DNA from: a virus
Taxonomy: Duplodnaviria; Caudoviricetes
Length of the DNA: 64,000 nt
Virus record (IMG/VR): IMGVR_UViG_3300020050_005097
Span: 1-64,000 of that record
Direction: 5' to 3' (one strand)
A program made the position numbers and the translations under genes. The notes beneath the pieces were generated by a model. It was not told where the DNA came from. It saw only the letters and a program-made list of their open reading frames with translations, and made no database searches. Shown here piece after piece: positions 44,487 to 52,913 of the stretch; position 1 is the stretch's first letter; every line of letters starts with the position of its first letter.

Positions 44487-45248
44487 TCAGTCAGACCTAA
44501 ACTTCCGGTCGTTGGAGTGCTTGAGGTCCCGATCCTCGAACTCCTGCTCGATGGTGTGCCCAGCCACCTCAAGCTCATATCGCCCTGCGTGCCGAAGCAC
44601 TTCGTACTCCTTGTGCTGCTTGACGCTTCGAATGTACACAACATTCTTGTCGCCTGAGCCATGACCAAACTTCAGTTCACCAAGAAGCTCTGCGGGGTTG
44701 TACATCGGAACTTCCAACGAGTCAGCAAGAATGTCGTCGCCCTCATACCAGGTAACGGTTTCCTGAGCCCACTCGTTGTCGTTCTCGATGAACTCCTCGA
44801 CACGGATCACGTACGGCTCACCGTCGATACGAGCGGCAGCTTCAGCCTCTTCGTCCCACTCTGCCCCACTCTCGGGGTCGGTGAAGACATTGACTCGCTC
44901 GTAGACGATGTCGGAAAGGTCGTCACTCTGCTGAGTGAGTTCCTCCTCGGTGACGTCATCATCTTCATCAGCGGCGATTTCAAAGAGCTCTTCGTCACTG
45001 CTGTCCAAGGCCTTCTCAAAATCTGCTGCCATTTTGGCCTTTAGGTATTCCTGCACTTCAGATGGTGACAACTGTGGCTCGGGGATCTCTTCAAGATCAT
45101 CGATGGTCGCATCAATCACGTCAAATACCTCATTACGTCCGGTGCGTCGACCGATTAGAAAGCCAGTCCCGAATCCCACAACAGCGCTGGCAGCTCCGGC
45201 CGCAACCGGAATCACCCACTTCTGCTTGAGAATCTCTTGAATGTACAT
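44487..45248 (-). CDS. Acidic protein with N-terminal membrane anchor
   Basis: VAAGAASAVVGFGTGFLIG, then D/E-rich region. Confidence 0.7.
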   Translation of the reverse strand: MYIQEILKQKWVIPVAAGAASAVVGFGTGFLIGRRTGRNEVFDVIDATIDDLEEIPEPQLSPSEVQEYLKAKMAADFEKALDSSDEELFEIAADEDDDVTEEELTQQSDDLSDIVYERVNVFTDPESGAEWDEEAEAAARIDGEPYVIRVEEFIENDNEWAQETVTWYEGDDILADSLEVPMYNPAELLGELKFGHGSGDKNVVYIRSVKQHKEYEVLRHAGRYELEVAGHTIEQEFEDRDLKHSNDRKFRSD

Positions 45249-45257
45249 TAAGACCTC

Positions 45258-46112
45258 CTAGATCTTGTCGTAGATAATTCCGTCGACGTTGAAGTCGAGG
45301 TGGCACACCCGTTCGATACCCTGCACGAAGTCCTGGTTGCGCGACTCGTACATACCGAAGTCGATGTAGTTGTCCCCGTCGCCACCGAGAACCCAACCGA
45401 CAACGGATCCTTCCGTAGACCGCTCGTAGCCAAGGGCATCGTAGACCTCATTGAGGAACACGTGACCACGAGACTGGAGCAGATCGTTGGCATAGGCTTG
45501 CTGGCACTTGATGAAGATCCGATTCAACTCAGGGTTCTTCTTGAAATTGCGAGATCCCTCGTCGAAGAACCGCCCGTAACCAGAGCCACCCTTACCGACA
45601 ATCTTGACCTTCGCCTTCTTGCCGTCAGGAAGTTCGACCTTCTGCGTCGTAATGGCGCGGTGGATCTCCTCTTCCTTCTCATCGCCAAGCGCAGCCTGGG
45701 TGCGAGTACGATACTCGTCATGCACCTTGGCAAGCGCAGCGTAGGCCGCAGTCATACCAGCATTGCGCCGAGTAAGCTGCACGTGAGAGCCCGTGAGAGC
45801 GCCCACAGAGGCTCCTAAGACGATAACCGGCGGAGCATACAGCTTCACCACCTTGCTGACGTTTACGCCGTACACGAGTGCCAGGGCCCGCTTCTGCTCA
45901 TCAGGGTCATCGATGTTCTCACGAACCGCCTCAAGGTCCTGCTTCATCTTCGGAAGTTCTTCCGAAAGCTTGAGGGTGGCACGACAAGCCATGACCGTTC
46001 CCGTGGCCACACCAGCGATACCACCAGCAAACATGATGTTGGGGGCGTTCTTCTTGAGAAGAAGGGCGGCGCGGAACAGGCTTTTCGTAACTCCTACTGG
46101 AATCATACTCAT
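45258..46112 (-). CDS. DUF6353-like protein, N-terminal hydrophobic helices
   Basis: KKNAPNIMFAGGIAGVATG...GHVFLNEVYDALG. Confidence 0.7.
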   Translation of the reverse strand: MSMIPVGVTKSLFRAALLLKKNAPNIMFAGGIAGVATGTVMACRATLKLSEELPKMKQDLEAVRENIDDPDEQKRALALVYGVNVSKVVKLYAPPVIVLGASVGALTGSHVQLTRRNAGMTAAYAALAKVHDEYRTRTQAALGDEKEEEIHRAITTQKVELPDGKKAKVKIVGKGGSGYGRFFDEGSRNFKKNPELNRIFIKCQQAYANDLLQSRGHVFLNEVYDALGYERSTEGSVVGWVLGGDGDNYIDFGMYESRNQDFVQGIERVCHLDFNVDGIIYDKI

Positions 46113-46404
46113 ATTTCTCCTTAGATTTTTCCGTTCGCCACAAAGCGAAGGTATACTGCTGTTACTTGGGCGTCCGACATGTTTTGCACCTTTTTGGCCC
46201 AAGCGGGGCCAGGATATGCATTTGCGATCGCCGCCCGTTGCTGTTGGACGTCCATTACTACTCCTTACAAATGTTGGAGGATCACGTCAGCGACAATCGT
46301 TGCGCAGACTGCTGCTATGATTGCGCCGCGTTTTGTTTTGGTGTAACTATCAACCACGCTCACCACCGACCACCCGAATATTACGGCAAAGAGAATGGCA
46401 GCCA

Positions 46405-47025
46405 TCAAATATGCTCCACCGGTGGGAACATCACGAGCCATCCGTCACGAACCCTTCGAACCTCGACATGCGCAAGACTGCTCCAACCCCAGTTGGTATC
46501 GACGAACGAGGTCGGCTGCCCAATGAGATCCTTGAGATCCTCGAGGGACGCGAACTCATACTGCTCAATGACACTACCAAGCGTCTCGACCACCAGCACA
46601 GCCTCTTCTTCACTTTCGAAGACGATATCGCTGGCATCACGTCGAGCGGGACGAACACGAGACGACTCTCCCGGAAGGAACCCGCGGGCCTGTGGGCTAT
46701 ACCGGTCTACGGCTCGGTTGTACTGAACACGAGAGGTGCTTCCACCAGAGGACGACCGACGAGGAGCAGAGTCCCCGTAGATCATTCGCTCGACGCCCTG
46801 TGTGGTTGCTTCCACAATGGTCCGACGAAGAGCGGGTAGAAGAACTTCTGCCACAATAAAGCTGGCAGCCGCTCGTCCATCCCCACCAATAAACACCTCT
46901 TTGACCTTCGAGCCGAAGGAACGCTTGCGCTCGATCACCTTACCGGTGACAACCTTCTCAAGGTCCTTCTTCACAGGCTTCTTTTCTTCTTTGCCCTTGT
47001 GTGAATTACCTGGGAAATCTTCCAT
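46405..47025 (-). CDS. Conserved core hypothetical protein
   Basis: YEFASLEDLKDLIG...DTNWGW. Confidence 0.7.
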   Translation of the reverse strand: MEDFPGNSHKGKEEKKPVKKDLEKVVTGKVIERKRSFGSKVKEVFIGGDGRAAASFIVAEVLLPALRRTIVEATTQGVERMIYGDSAPRRSSSGGSTSRVQYNRAVDRYSPQARGFLPGESSRVRPARRDASDIVFESEEEAVLVVETLGSVIEQYEFASLEDLKDLIGQPTSFVDTNWGWSSLAHVEVRRVRDGWLVMFPPVEHI

Positions 47026-47048
47026 GTGATCCTTTCATAGATTAATTG

Positions 47049-47083
47049 GAAAGAAGAGGGAATACCGTGTTGCTTTGGTATTC
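47049..47083 (-). terminator. Intrinsic terminator (homologous to 12370-12408)
   Basis: gaatacc-gtgttgcttt-ggtattc, then CCTCTTCTTTCC. Confidence 0.7.
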
Positions 47084-47093
47084 GCCTCCCGAA

Positions 47094-47375
47094 CTACTTT
47101 CTCTTGTTCCTTTTCTCCTCGAGTTTGTCTCGGAACTTCGGCTTGAATTCGTAGTCGAAGTAGTCCCAGGCCTTATCGATCTTGATGTCGACGCGCTCTT
47201 GGATGACATCTTGGATGACCATCGTTGTTGCGAACTTGGCCGCCGTGACAGGAAGCTCTTGGGTAAGAGTCTTGTCTTGGGGCGTGTTGTTGTCAACGAT
47301 GGACCAGATGATCTGAGAGATGCCGGCGCCAATGACGAAGCCTGAAACTTTCTTTACGATTTTGCGTCCGTCCAT
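47094..47375 (-). CDS. Cassette gene, 93 aa
   Basis: Between promoter copy 15 and terminator. Confidence 0.7.
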   Translation of the reverse strand: MDGRKIVKKVSGFVIGAGISQIIWSIVDNNTPQDKTLTQELPVTAAKFATTMVIQDVIQERVDIKIDKAWDYFDYEFKPKFRDKLEEKRNKRK

Positions 47376-47409
47376 AGGGTCCTTTCGGATGTAGGGTGGA
47401 TGAGTGGTT

Positions 47410-47434
47410 CATTATAGGGCGTGTTATTATTGCG
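47410..47434 (-). promoter_or_regulatory. Promoter motif copy 15
   Basis: CGCA ATAATA ACA CGCCC TATAATG. Confidence 0.75.
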
Positions 47435-47568
47435 TCTGGTAGGACATAACCCACCGAATTAACAACAACCCGAAAAAGCCGATTAGTATCCAGAAAAACA
47501 CCCAAGTGACGGCGTCGATAAGGCCCCAGAAAATATGGGTTAAGATCGACCACGTTTTACTTCGACTA

Positions 47569-48048
47569 TTACGCCGCAGGAGGATCACCAAAATCAATTT
47601 CAGTAGCAGTAGGATCTGCGGTGTCGCTGACATTGAGTGCGTTTGCGGTCTTCAACTTGAGCATCTCGCCAGCAGCGGCTTCGGACATCTCGGCGGGAAG
47701 AATCCCGATCACGAAATTGGCGGCGGCATCGGCATCGGTGACAAACTGCATGAGAAGCGCGTCGTATGCGGCAGAGCACCGGAACGTCTCTCGATCGGCG
47801 TCGTTCTTAATGAAGGCCTTGCCGTCTTCACTCTTCCTACCATAAGAAGTAAGAATCAGATTCTCGAAGAACTCGAACAGTTCCTGCTGGTTGTCTTCCT
47901 TCTCGGTAAGCGCACGCATTGCATCGGCGAGACCACCCTTGACAGAGATCTCGAGCCGAACAAGCTCGACCTTCGTGAGGTTGAAGTGAAGCGTTTCGGT
48001 CTGCTTAACGCCGTTGAAATCGTCGTACATGATAATGTGCTTAAGCAT
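47569..48048 (-). CDS. Conserved core hypothetical protein
   Basis: YDDFNG...HFNLTKVEL...YGRKSEDG...SAAYDAL. Confidence 0.7.
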   Translation of the reverse strand: MLKHIIMYDDFNGVKQTETLHFNLTKVELVRLEISVKGGLADAMRALTEKEDNQQELFEFFENLILTSYGRKSEDGKAFIKNDADRETFRCSAAYDALLMQFVTDADAAANFVIGILPAEMSEAAAGEMLKLKTANALNVSDTADPTATEIDFGDPPAA

Positions 48049-48156
48049 TTCGGGTTTCCTTTGTGTTTGTTTAGAATAGAAAGAGAAAGAGAAAGTCCTA
48101 GTTTTTGAGGCTAGGGCTTTCCCTGTAGGGGCACTTCCTTGGGCACTACTTGGGCA

Positions 48157-48411
48157 CTACTCGGTGTCGGTCTCGAACACGTCGATGATGCCGTCGCTGT
48201 CGTTGTCCGACGAGTCGGTGGAGTTGGGGTCCGACCCGAGCGCGTTGGCTCCGGCGACGAGCACGGCGGCAAGGACGGCAGCGGCGCCGAGTGTGACGGC
48301 GGTCTGGTGGTCCTTGGTCCATGCCTTCGCACGGGTCCAGCGCGACGGGGCGTCCTCCTCGACCTTCTCGATGGAGGTGTTGGCGGTGACGGGGGTCAGG
48401 TCGGTGGTCAT
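48157..48411 (-). CDS. Cassette gene with C-proximal TM helix and acidic tail
   Basis: Start MTTDLTP; AVTLGAAAVLAAVLVAG. Confidence 0.7.
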   Translation of the reverse strand: MTTDLTPVTANTSIEKVEEDAPSRWTRAKAWTKDHQTAVTLGAAAVLAAVLVAGANALGSDPNSTDSSDNDSDGIIDVFETDTE

Positions 48412-48456
48412 GATTGACTCACTTTCTTGCTGTGGTTGTGGGTTGGGGATGTGGTC

Positions 48457-48481
48457 CATTACAGGGCCTGTAAATCCTGCG
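48457..48481 (-). promoter_or_regulatory. Promoter motif copy 16
   Basis: CGCA GGATTT ACA GGCCC TGTAATG. Confidence 0.75.
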
Positions 48482-48484
48482 TGG

Positions 48485-49231
48485 TTATGTCAAAACTTTC
48501 GTGTAATTGTAGTCGAAAGCCAGACATGGCCGCCCATCCTCACATAGAATTGACGTGAAGTCCAACGATAGCTGTTTGTCAGCCTCCCAACCAATACGAC
48601 CCGAATCAGATGTCGGAGGAATCCCAATCATGTAGTAGAAATCGCTAAGCGTCACATACATGTCGCTCATGAGCTTAGCGTTTACATCGTTCTGGGACTT
48701 TCGGAGCTTCTCCATGTCGCAATTGAAATACCTACCGGTAAACAATTCGCAACACATTACAGGCCCACTACCCACAACGATGGTTTCCCCCGGGGGATTT
48801 GCTCGAATATGGTCTTTGGCGATTTCCTCACGGATCATTTGATCTTTCTTCTCACCGTGAACTTCGATCGCCTTTTCCCGGTATTCGGCGAATCCTTTCT
48901 CGGCAACCGCAAGCAGCGAATATGCAGCCGCCGTTCGCTTTGAACTGATGTGGTTTGCGCCCAGAATGCTACCAACAGTGACAGCGCCCGCTGCTACCGC
49001 CGGAATATACAGGTCCCACACAAGCTCAATCTTTTCACCAATTGTGGTGGGATTATTCTCAGGAGCCTCCATGTACTCGTGATCCCTGATTCGGATAGCA
49101 GCTCTGTATGACGCCTTACCTGCTAAATATGCGGTGCCGATTGTTCCGCTGACACCCAACGCGGTAAGGATCGCCGGAGAGTTCGACTTGATTACCTTCT
49201 GTGCACTTTGAGCAAGACTAATGAGATTCAC
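48485..49231 (-). CDS. DUF6353-like protein (paralogue)
   Basis: KSNSPAILTALGVSGTIG...YVTLSDFYYMIG...GWE. Confidence 0.7.
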   Translation of the reverse strand: MNLISLAQSAQKVIKSNSPAILTALGVSGTIGTAYLAGKASYRAAIRIRDHEYMEAPENNPTTIGEKIELVWDLYIPAVAAGAVTVGSILGANHISSKRTAAAYSLLAVAEKGFAEYREKAIEVHGEKKDQMIREEIAKDHIRANPPGETIVVGSGPVMCCELFTGRYFNCDMEKLRKSQNDVNAKLMSDMYVTLSDFYYMIGIPPTSDSGRIGWEADKQLSLDFTSILCEDGRPCLAFDYNYTKVLT

Positions 49232-49355
49232 TCAGGGGTCTCTCCTTTTCGTACGGCTTTGATGAATTCATATACGATGATGAACCAAAAGAGCAAACCA
49301 CCAAGCCATGCCATACGGTCTAGAACGTCTTTGATGAGGTTCATCGTTACTCCTA

Positions 49356-49706
49356 TTACTTCTTGGTGCGGAACGTGCGTTGGTATTCGGCGTTGGTAAG
49401 AACGACGAATTTGGTTTTGTCCATCATTGGATCGTACAAGCGAACAATCCAAGTTCCACTAGGAGCAATCTGCGGGTCTTCAGGACACTCCCGACAGTAC
49501 ACATGAAAGTGATATACGACATCGTGGGAAGTATCCCATCCGACATCGTGGGAAGTATCCCATCCGACGCGCTTAACGTTCTTGAAAATCGTCTCGATCT
49601 TGTCCGCATCAGCAAGAGAACAATTAAGCGGGACAAAAACCGCCTTGATGGAGGGCTTACAAAACTTGGGTTTTTCGACCTTGATCTTATGCTTTTTTTT
49701 CTTCAT
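49356..49706 (-). CDS. xKP..EAV family-like protein with 8-aa duplication
   Basis: KPSIKAVF...GTWIVR...YQRTF; VGWDTSHD twice. Confidence 0.55.
   Translation of the reverse strand: MKKKKHKIKVEKPKFCKPSIKAVFVPLNCSLADADKIETIFKNVKRVGWDTSHDVGWDTSHDVVYHFHVYCRECPEDPQIAPSGTWIVRLYDPMMDKTKFVVLTNAEYQRTFRTKK
49517..49568. repeat. 24-bp tandem duplication
   Basis: cgacatcgtgggaagtatcccatc twice, plus cgac. Confidence 0.95.
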
Positions 49707-49847
49707 TAGTGCTCCTTATTATTGGATAGAAAAAAGGTATGAGAAGACTTGGGTATCATAGCCCAATCGTAACTATGATTTGGCGGCTTTGCTTCCGCAC
49801 CAGGCAGGTAGGTCTTACACCTACACATTCGTGTCTTGCCTTCTTCT

Positions 49848-49872
49848 CATCTTAGGGCGTGTTTTTTCTGCG
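49848..49872 (-). promoter_or_regulatory. Promoter motif copy 17
   Basis: CGCA GAAAAA ACA CGCCC TAAGATG. Confidence 0.75.
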
Positions 49873-49877
49873 AGGTG

Positions 49878-49913
49878 AGAGAAGAACATAACCCTTGCGG
49901 ATTAGAGGTTCTC
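49878..49913 (-). terminator. Intrinsic terminator, AGAAC...GTTCT family
   Basis: gagagaagaacataacccttgcggattagaggttctc. Confidence 0.65.
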
Positions 49914-50154
49914 AACTCACTTCTCGCTAGACGTTTAGCTGATACTCGACTTCAGCAATCGACCTCCGATGGTACGAACCACGAGCACACCGTCCTTCAC
50001 GTGGCTGGGCTTGACCATGCGGAAACCGAAGAGTCGGCAGCCAATGGTGTACGCACTGATGATGACGATGGATTCGACGACCAGCGAAGCAATGCCGGAG
50101 GAATCCGAGGTCTTTTCGTTTGTGGTTGGTTGGTTGACGTTGTAGTCCATTTGA

Positions 50155-50628
50155 TTAGTTCCTTGGTAGTTTGGTTTCCATCAGCATCTGAAAGAAAGTG
50201 TTGGTCTCTTCTGGAGGCCAACGAAATGTGGTACGAAAGCCGAACGCCTTCGAATAGGTGGGCTCGATGCAGTAGTAGGCATCACCACCGTTATCGAAAG
50301 CCACGCTTGGGTCGGAGTTCTTTCGTATCCAGTTGAAGCGTACTTCTTTGTAGCCATGGATTAGGTTTCTGAGAAACCGCTTCGACTCGGGAGAGTATTT
50401 CTGAAACGCCCATGATTTGACGATTCTCCAGAGAAGACCCCATAGCGTGTTTGTATTGGCTAAGAAGTACGCGTTACGAACAGTATTCCCCTGGCATGAG
50501 AACTGCGAGCACACCCCGTGGATCTTAAGAACGATCAACAGGTGTAACACGCCCTCGTCCACCCGGACGTTTCGACCGAAGTAATCCTTAAACCACGTTT
50601 GCTTATGTCTTGGCGCGTCGACTCTCAT
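50155..50628 (-). CDS. Hypothetical protein
   Basis: VDEGVLHLL...GVCSQFSCQG. Confidence 0.55.
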   Translation of the reverse strand: MRVDAPRHKQTWFKDYFGRNVRVDEGVLHLLIVLKIHGVCSQFSCQGNTVRNAYFLANTNTLWGLLWRIVKSWAFQKYSPESKRFLRNLIHGYKEVRFNWIRKNSDPSVAFDNGGDAYYCIEPTYSKAFGFRTTFRWPPEETNTFFQMLMETKLPRN

Positions 50629-50707
50629 TAATTACTCCCATTTTGACATTAGGATGGAAAAGGATAACCAGTGTAGAACCTGGTCATTGCCTTTCACTGC
50701 TTGTCAT

Positions 50708-50992
50708 TCAGACTGCTTCGGCAGCAACCTCGGCCACGTCGACGGCCTTGGTGATGGTCTGGGTGAAGACTCGACCGGTCTTGAAGACGATCTTGGTGAC
50801 GGTCTCTCCGGCGGTCTCGACCGTGTCCATGCTGATGGGGGTGTTCGTGGCAACGGCCCACCAGGCGTAGGCAACACAGCCGGCGGTGCTGGCGGCCATG
50901 CCGGTCCAGAACACGATCTCGGGGGCGTTGTCCTTCAGCTTCTGCTTGAGGGACTTCTTGGGGATGGCGATGTTGGTGACTTCTCCGGGCAT
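50708..50992 (-). CDS. Cassette gene with TM helix
   Basis: IVFWTGMAASTAGCVAYAWW; C/G-ending codons. Confidence 0.7.
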   Translation of the reverse strand: MPGEVTNIAIPKKSLKQKLKDNAPEIVFWTGMAASTAGCVAYAWWAVATNTPISMDTVETAGETVTKIVFKTGRVFTQTITKAVDVAEVAAEAV

Positions 50993-51099
50993 GATTTGCT
51001 CCTTGTGGAATGGATGGAAGAAAGGGGTGAGAGTCAGTTCTATTTGCTTTGGCTATTGCTAGCGTTGGCTACCGTACGGATACGGATAGATCTTCTTCT

Positions 51100-51124
51100 C
51101 ACTCTAGCCCTTGTTATTTCTGCG
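51100..51124 (-). promoter_or_regulatory. Promoter motif copy 18
   Basis: CGCA GAAATA ACA AGGGC TAGAGTG. Confidence 0.7.
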
Positions 51125-51517
51125 TGGTCTTTCTACTGTCTCGCATGTGCTGAGTTCTAGTTAGCGAGGCTAGCGTTTCCGCACTACAAGAAAGAGATGT
51201 TGCTATATTGCCAAGAGTCTCTTTATTGTGTCCTGGTTGATTAAGAAGGATTGCCGCACGGTTAATGTTGTCTCGGACCTTGTCGGCTAGCTCTTGCAGA
51301 TCTTTATCCATTACCCCTCCGATATAGATTCTAGGTCACGCTTACATTGGCCGTCGGAGATGTCTTTCAAAAGCTTATGGACATCTCCGATGATGTCAAT
51401 CACTTGGTACAACTGAGGGTGCGTGAGGTCATTATCTCGCAGCATCTTTGAGCACGTCTCTAACGATTCGCACGCACCCACGACAACAATTTGATAATCG
51501 GGATCGACCATGATTCC

Positions 51518-51730
51518 TCAGATCTTTGAGATCAGGGCCAGGACGACCTTGCGGGCGGTATCAGCAGCGACGTAGAGCACGACGAGCTTGGTGACATCTT
51601 CGACGATCTTCTCGACTGCGACCGTCGTTGTGGCGATGACGTCGGCACTTGATTCGGACGGCTGGACTTCTGTGGTGTCTTGCGGGTCTTTCTTGACCAT
51701 GGAAACTTGGAGTGCACGGTTCTTGAGCAT
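51518..51730 (-). CDS. Hypothetical 70 aa
   Basis: GAAAGGA RBS. Confidence 0.65.
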   Translation of the reverse strand: MLKNRALQVSMVKKDPQDTTEVQPSESSADVIATTTVAVEKIVEDVTKLVVLYVAADTARKVVLALISKI

Positions 51731-51750
51731 TAAGGGTCCTTTCGGGATTA

Positions 51751-51802
51751 GAAGAAAGAAGAGGGGGGTCCTCAGTATATGGGCATACTGAGGACTCCCC
51801 TC
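51751..51802 (-). terminator. Strong intrinsic terminator
   Basis: gaggggggtcctcagtat/atactgaggactcccctc stem, then TTCTTTCTTC. Confidence 0.8.
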
Positions 51803-51826
51803 GCTAGAACCAGCGTGATGCTGGAG

Positions 51827-51919
51827 CTACTGCGAGTTGAACTTGGCGTAGGTGGCGTAGCCGGCACCGCCGACGATGGTGGCGATGATGGCGATGAGGC
51901 CGAGCTTGCGCTTGTTCAT
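51827..51919 (-). CDS. Cassette gene, 30-aa membrane peptide
   Basis: MNKRKLGLIAIIATIVGGAGYATYAKFNSQ; AAGGAGG RBS. Confidence 0.7.
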   Translation of the reverse strand: MNKRKLGLIAIIATIVGGAGYATYAKFNSQ

Positions 51920-51947
51920 GGCAGATCCTCCTTGGATCATTGGGGTT

Positions 51948-51972
51948 CATTATAGGGCCTGTTATTTCTGCG
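51948..51972 (-). promoter_or_regulatory. Promoter motif copy 19
   Basis: CGCA GAAATA ACA GGCCC TATAATG. Confidence 0.75.
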
Positions 51973-52053
51973 AGGCGTAGAAGAAGGTAACCCGTGAGGG
52001 TCGCCTTCCGTTCACTATGATGGGGGGGGTCTAGTGAACAAGTTGGTTGGTGT

Positions 52054-52164
52054 TCAACCTCGTCGGATTTCCCTGATGATGATCCAGATGATCCAGAGAC
52101 CACCCGTGAGGATCGTCAGGAATCCATCCAACAAGAAGCTGAACAGACCGTACTTGTTTTGCAT
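52054..52164 (-). CDS. Cassette gene, 36-aa membrane peptide
   Basis: MQNKYGLFSFLLDGFLTILTGGLWIIWIIIREIRRG; AGGAGG RBS. Confidence 0.7.
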   Translation of the reverse strand: MQNKYGLFSFLLDGFLTILTGGLWIIWIIIREIRRG

Positions 52165-52190
52165 TTGGTCCCTCCTAAGGGATAGTGGTC

Positions 52191-52215
52191 TATTATACGG
52201 GTTGTTATTGTTGCG
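52191..52215 (-). promoter_or_regulatory. Promoter motif copy 20
   Basis: CGCA ACAATA ACA ACCCG TATAATA. Confidence 0.75.
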
Positions 52216-52262
52216 ACACCTGCGAAATACCCTCAATTTACCAGAGACCCCTCTAATTCTTC

Positions 52263-52326
52263 TTCTAAGCGATTTAATGCTCCGGCGAGTATAATCACCC
52301 GGCTTTGGTATTAAAGTCGCTTAGAA
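52263..52326. repeat. 18/19-bp inverted repeat in AT-rich intergenic block
   Basis: ttctaagcgatttaatgc ... gtattaaagtcgcttagaa. Confidence 0.8.
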
Positions 52327-52517
52327 CGCAAATGAGAGGGTAGTTTTTTGAATTGTTTGTCTAGAAAACCCACCCGGGGAATTTTGCGGTCCAATTTTGT
52401 AGAAAAGCTTTGAATAAAGGCGGTTTATTGTAGTATAAAGACTAGTATATTAAGATTTACTGCCATTTTGACTGTTTGCTGGAAAAAAAGATAGTGCATG
52501 TTAATCGAACAACGAAA

Positions 52518-52560
52518 CATGTATGCCGTGTAAGTGTTTTAAGTTTACACGGCATACATG
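52518..52560 (-). terminator. 16-bp perfect hairpin, probable terminator
   Basis: catgtatgccgtgtaa/ttacacggcatacatg. Confidence 0.7.
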
Positions 52561-52578
52561 CGGTTCGCTATGTCGAGG

Positions 52579-52863
52579 TCAGGTCTTTGAGGTCTTCGTG
52601 ATGATTCCGAACGCCTTCGACACGAGCACGTGGCTGTGCTCATACGCGACGATGACAAGCACCTGCGCGAGGGTTCCGCCGACGATCAGCCAGGTATCGG
52701 CACTGGGTCGATTCGAGCGCTTGGCGCTTTTGATCAACTCCAGTTCCTTCAACTGGTGAACGAGGGCTTTGGCCTCGGGTGAGTGCGAGTCAACGGCTCG
52801 CATTTCGCTGTAGATGCGTGCAATCGCGTCGTCGACGTCCGAGTTCTTCTTTCGAATACTCAA
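52579..52863 (-). CDS. Cassette gene, 94 aa, C-terminal TM
   Basis: AGAAAGGAG RBS, TTG start; WLIVGGTLAQVLVIVAY. Confidence 0.75.
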   Translation of the reverse strand: MSIRKKNSDVDDAIARIYSEMRAVDSHSPEAKALVHQLKELELIKSAKRSNRPSADTWLIVGGTLAQVLVIVAYEHSHVLVSKAFGIITKTSKT

Positions 52864-52885
52864 GACTGTCTCCTTTCTATAGGGT

Positions 52886-52910
52886 CATTATAGGCCATGT
52901 TTTTCCTGCG
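52886..52910 (-). promoter_or_regulatory. Promoter motif copy 21
   Basis: CGCA GGAAAA ACA TGGCC TATAATG. Confidence 0.75.
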
Positions 52911-52913
52911 ACC

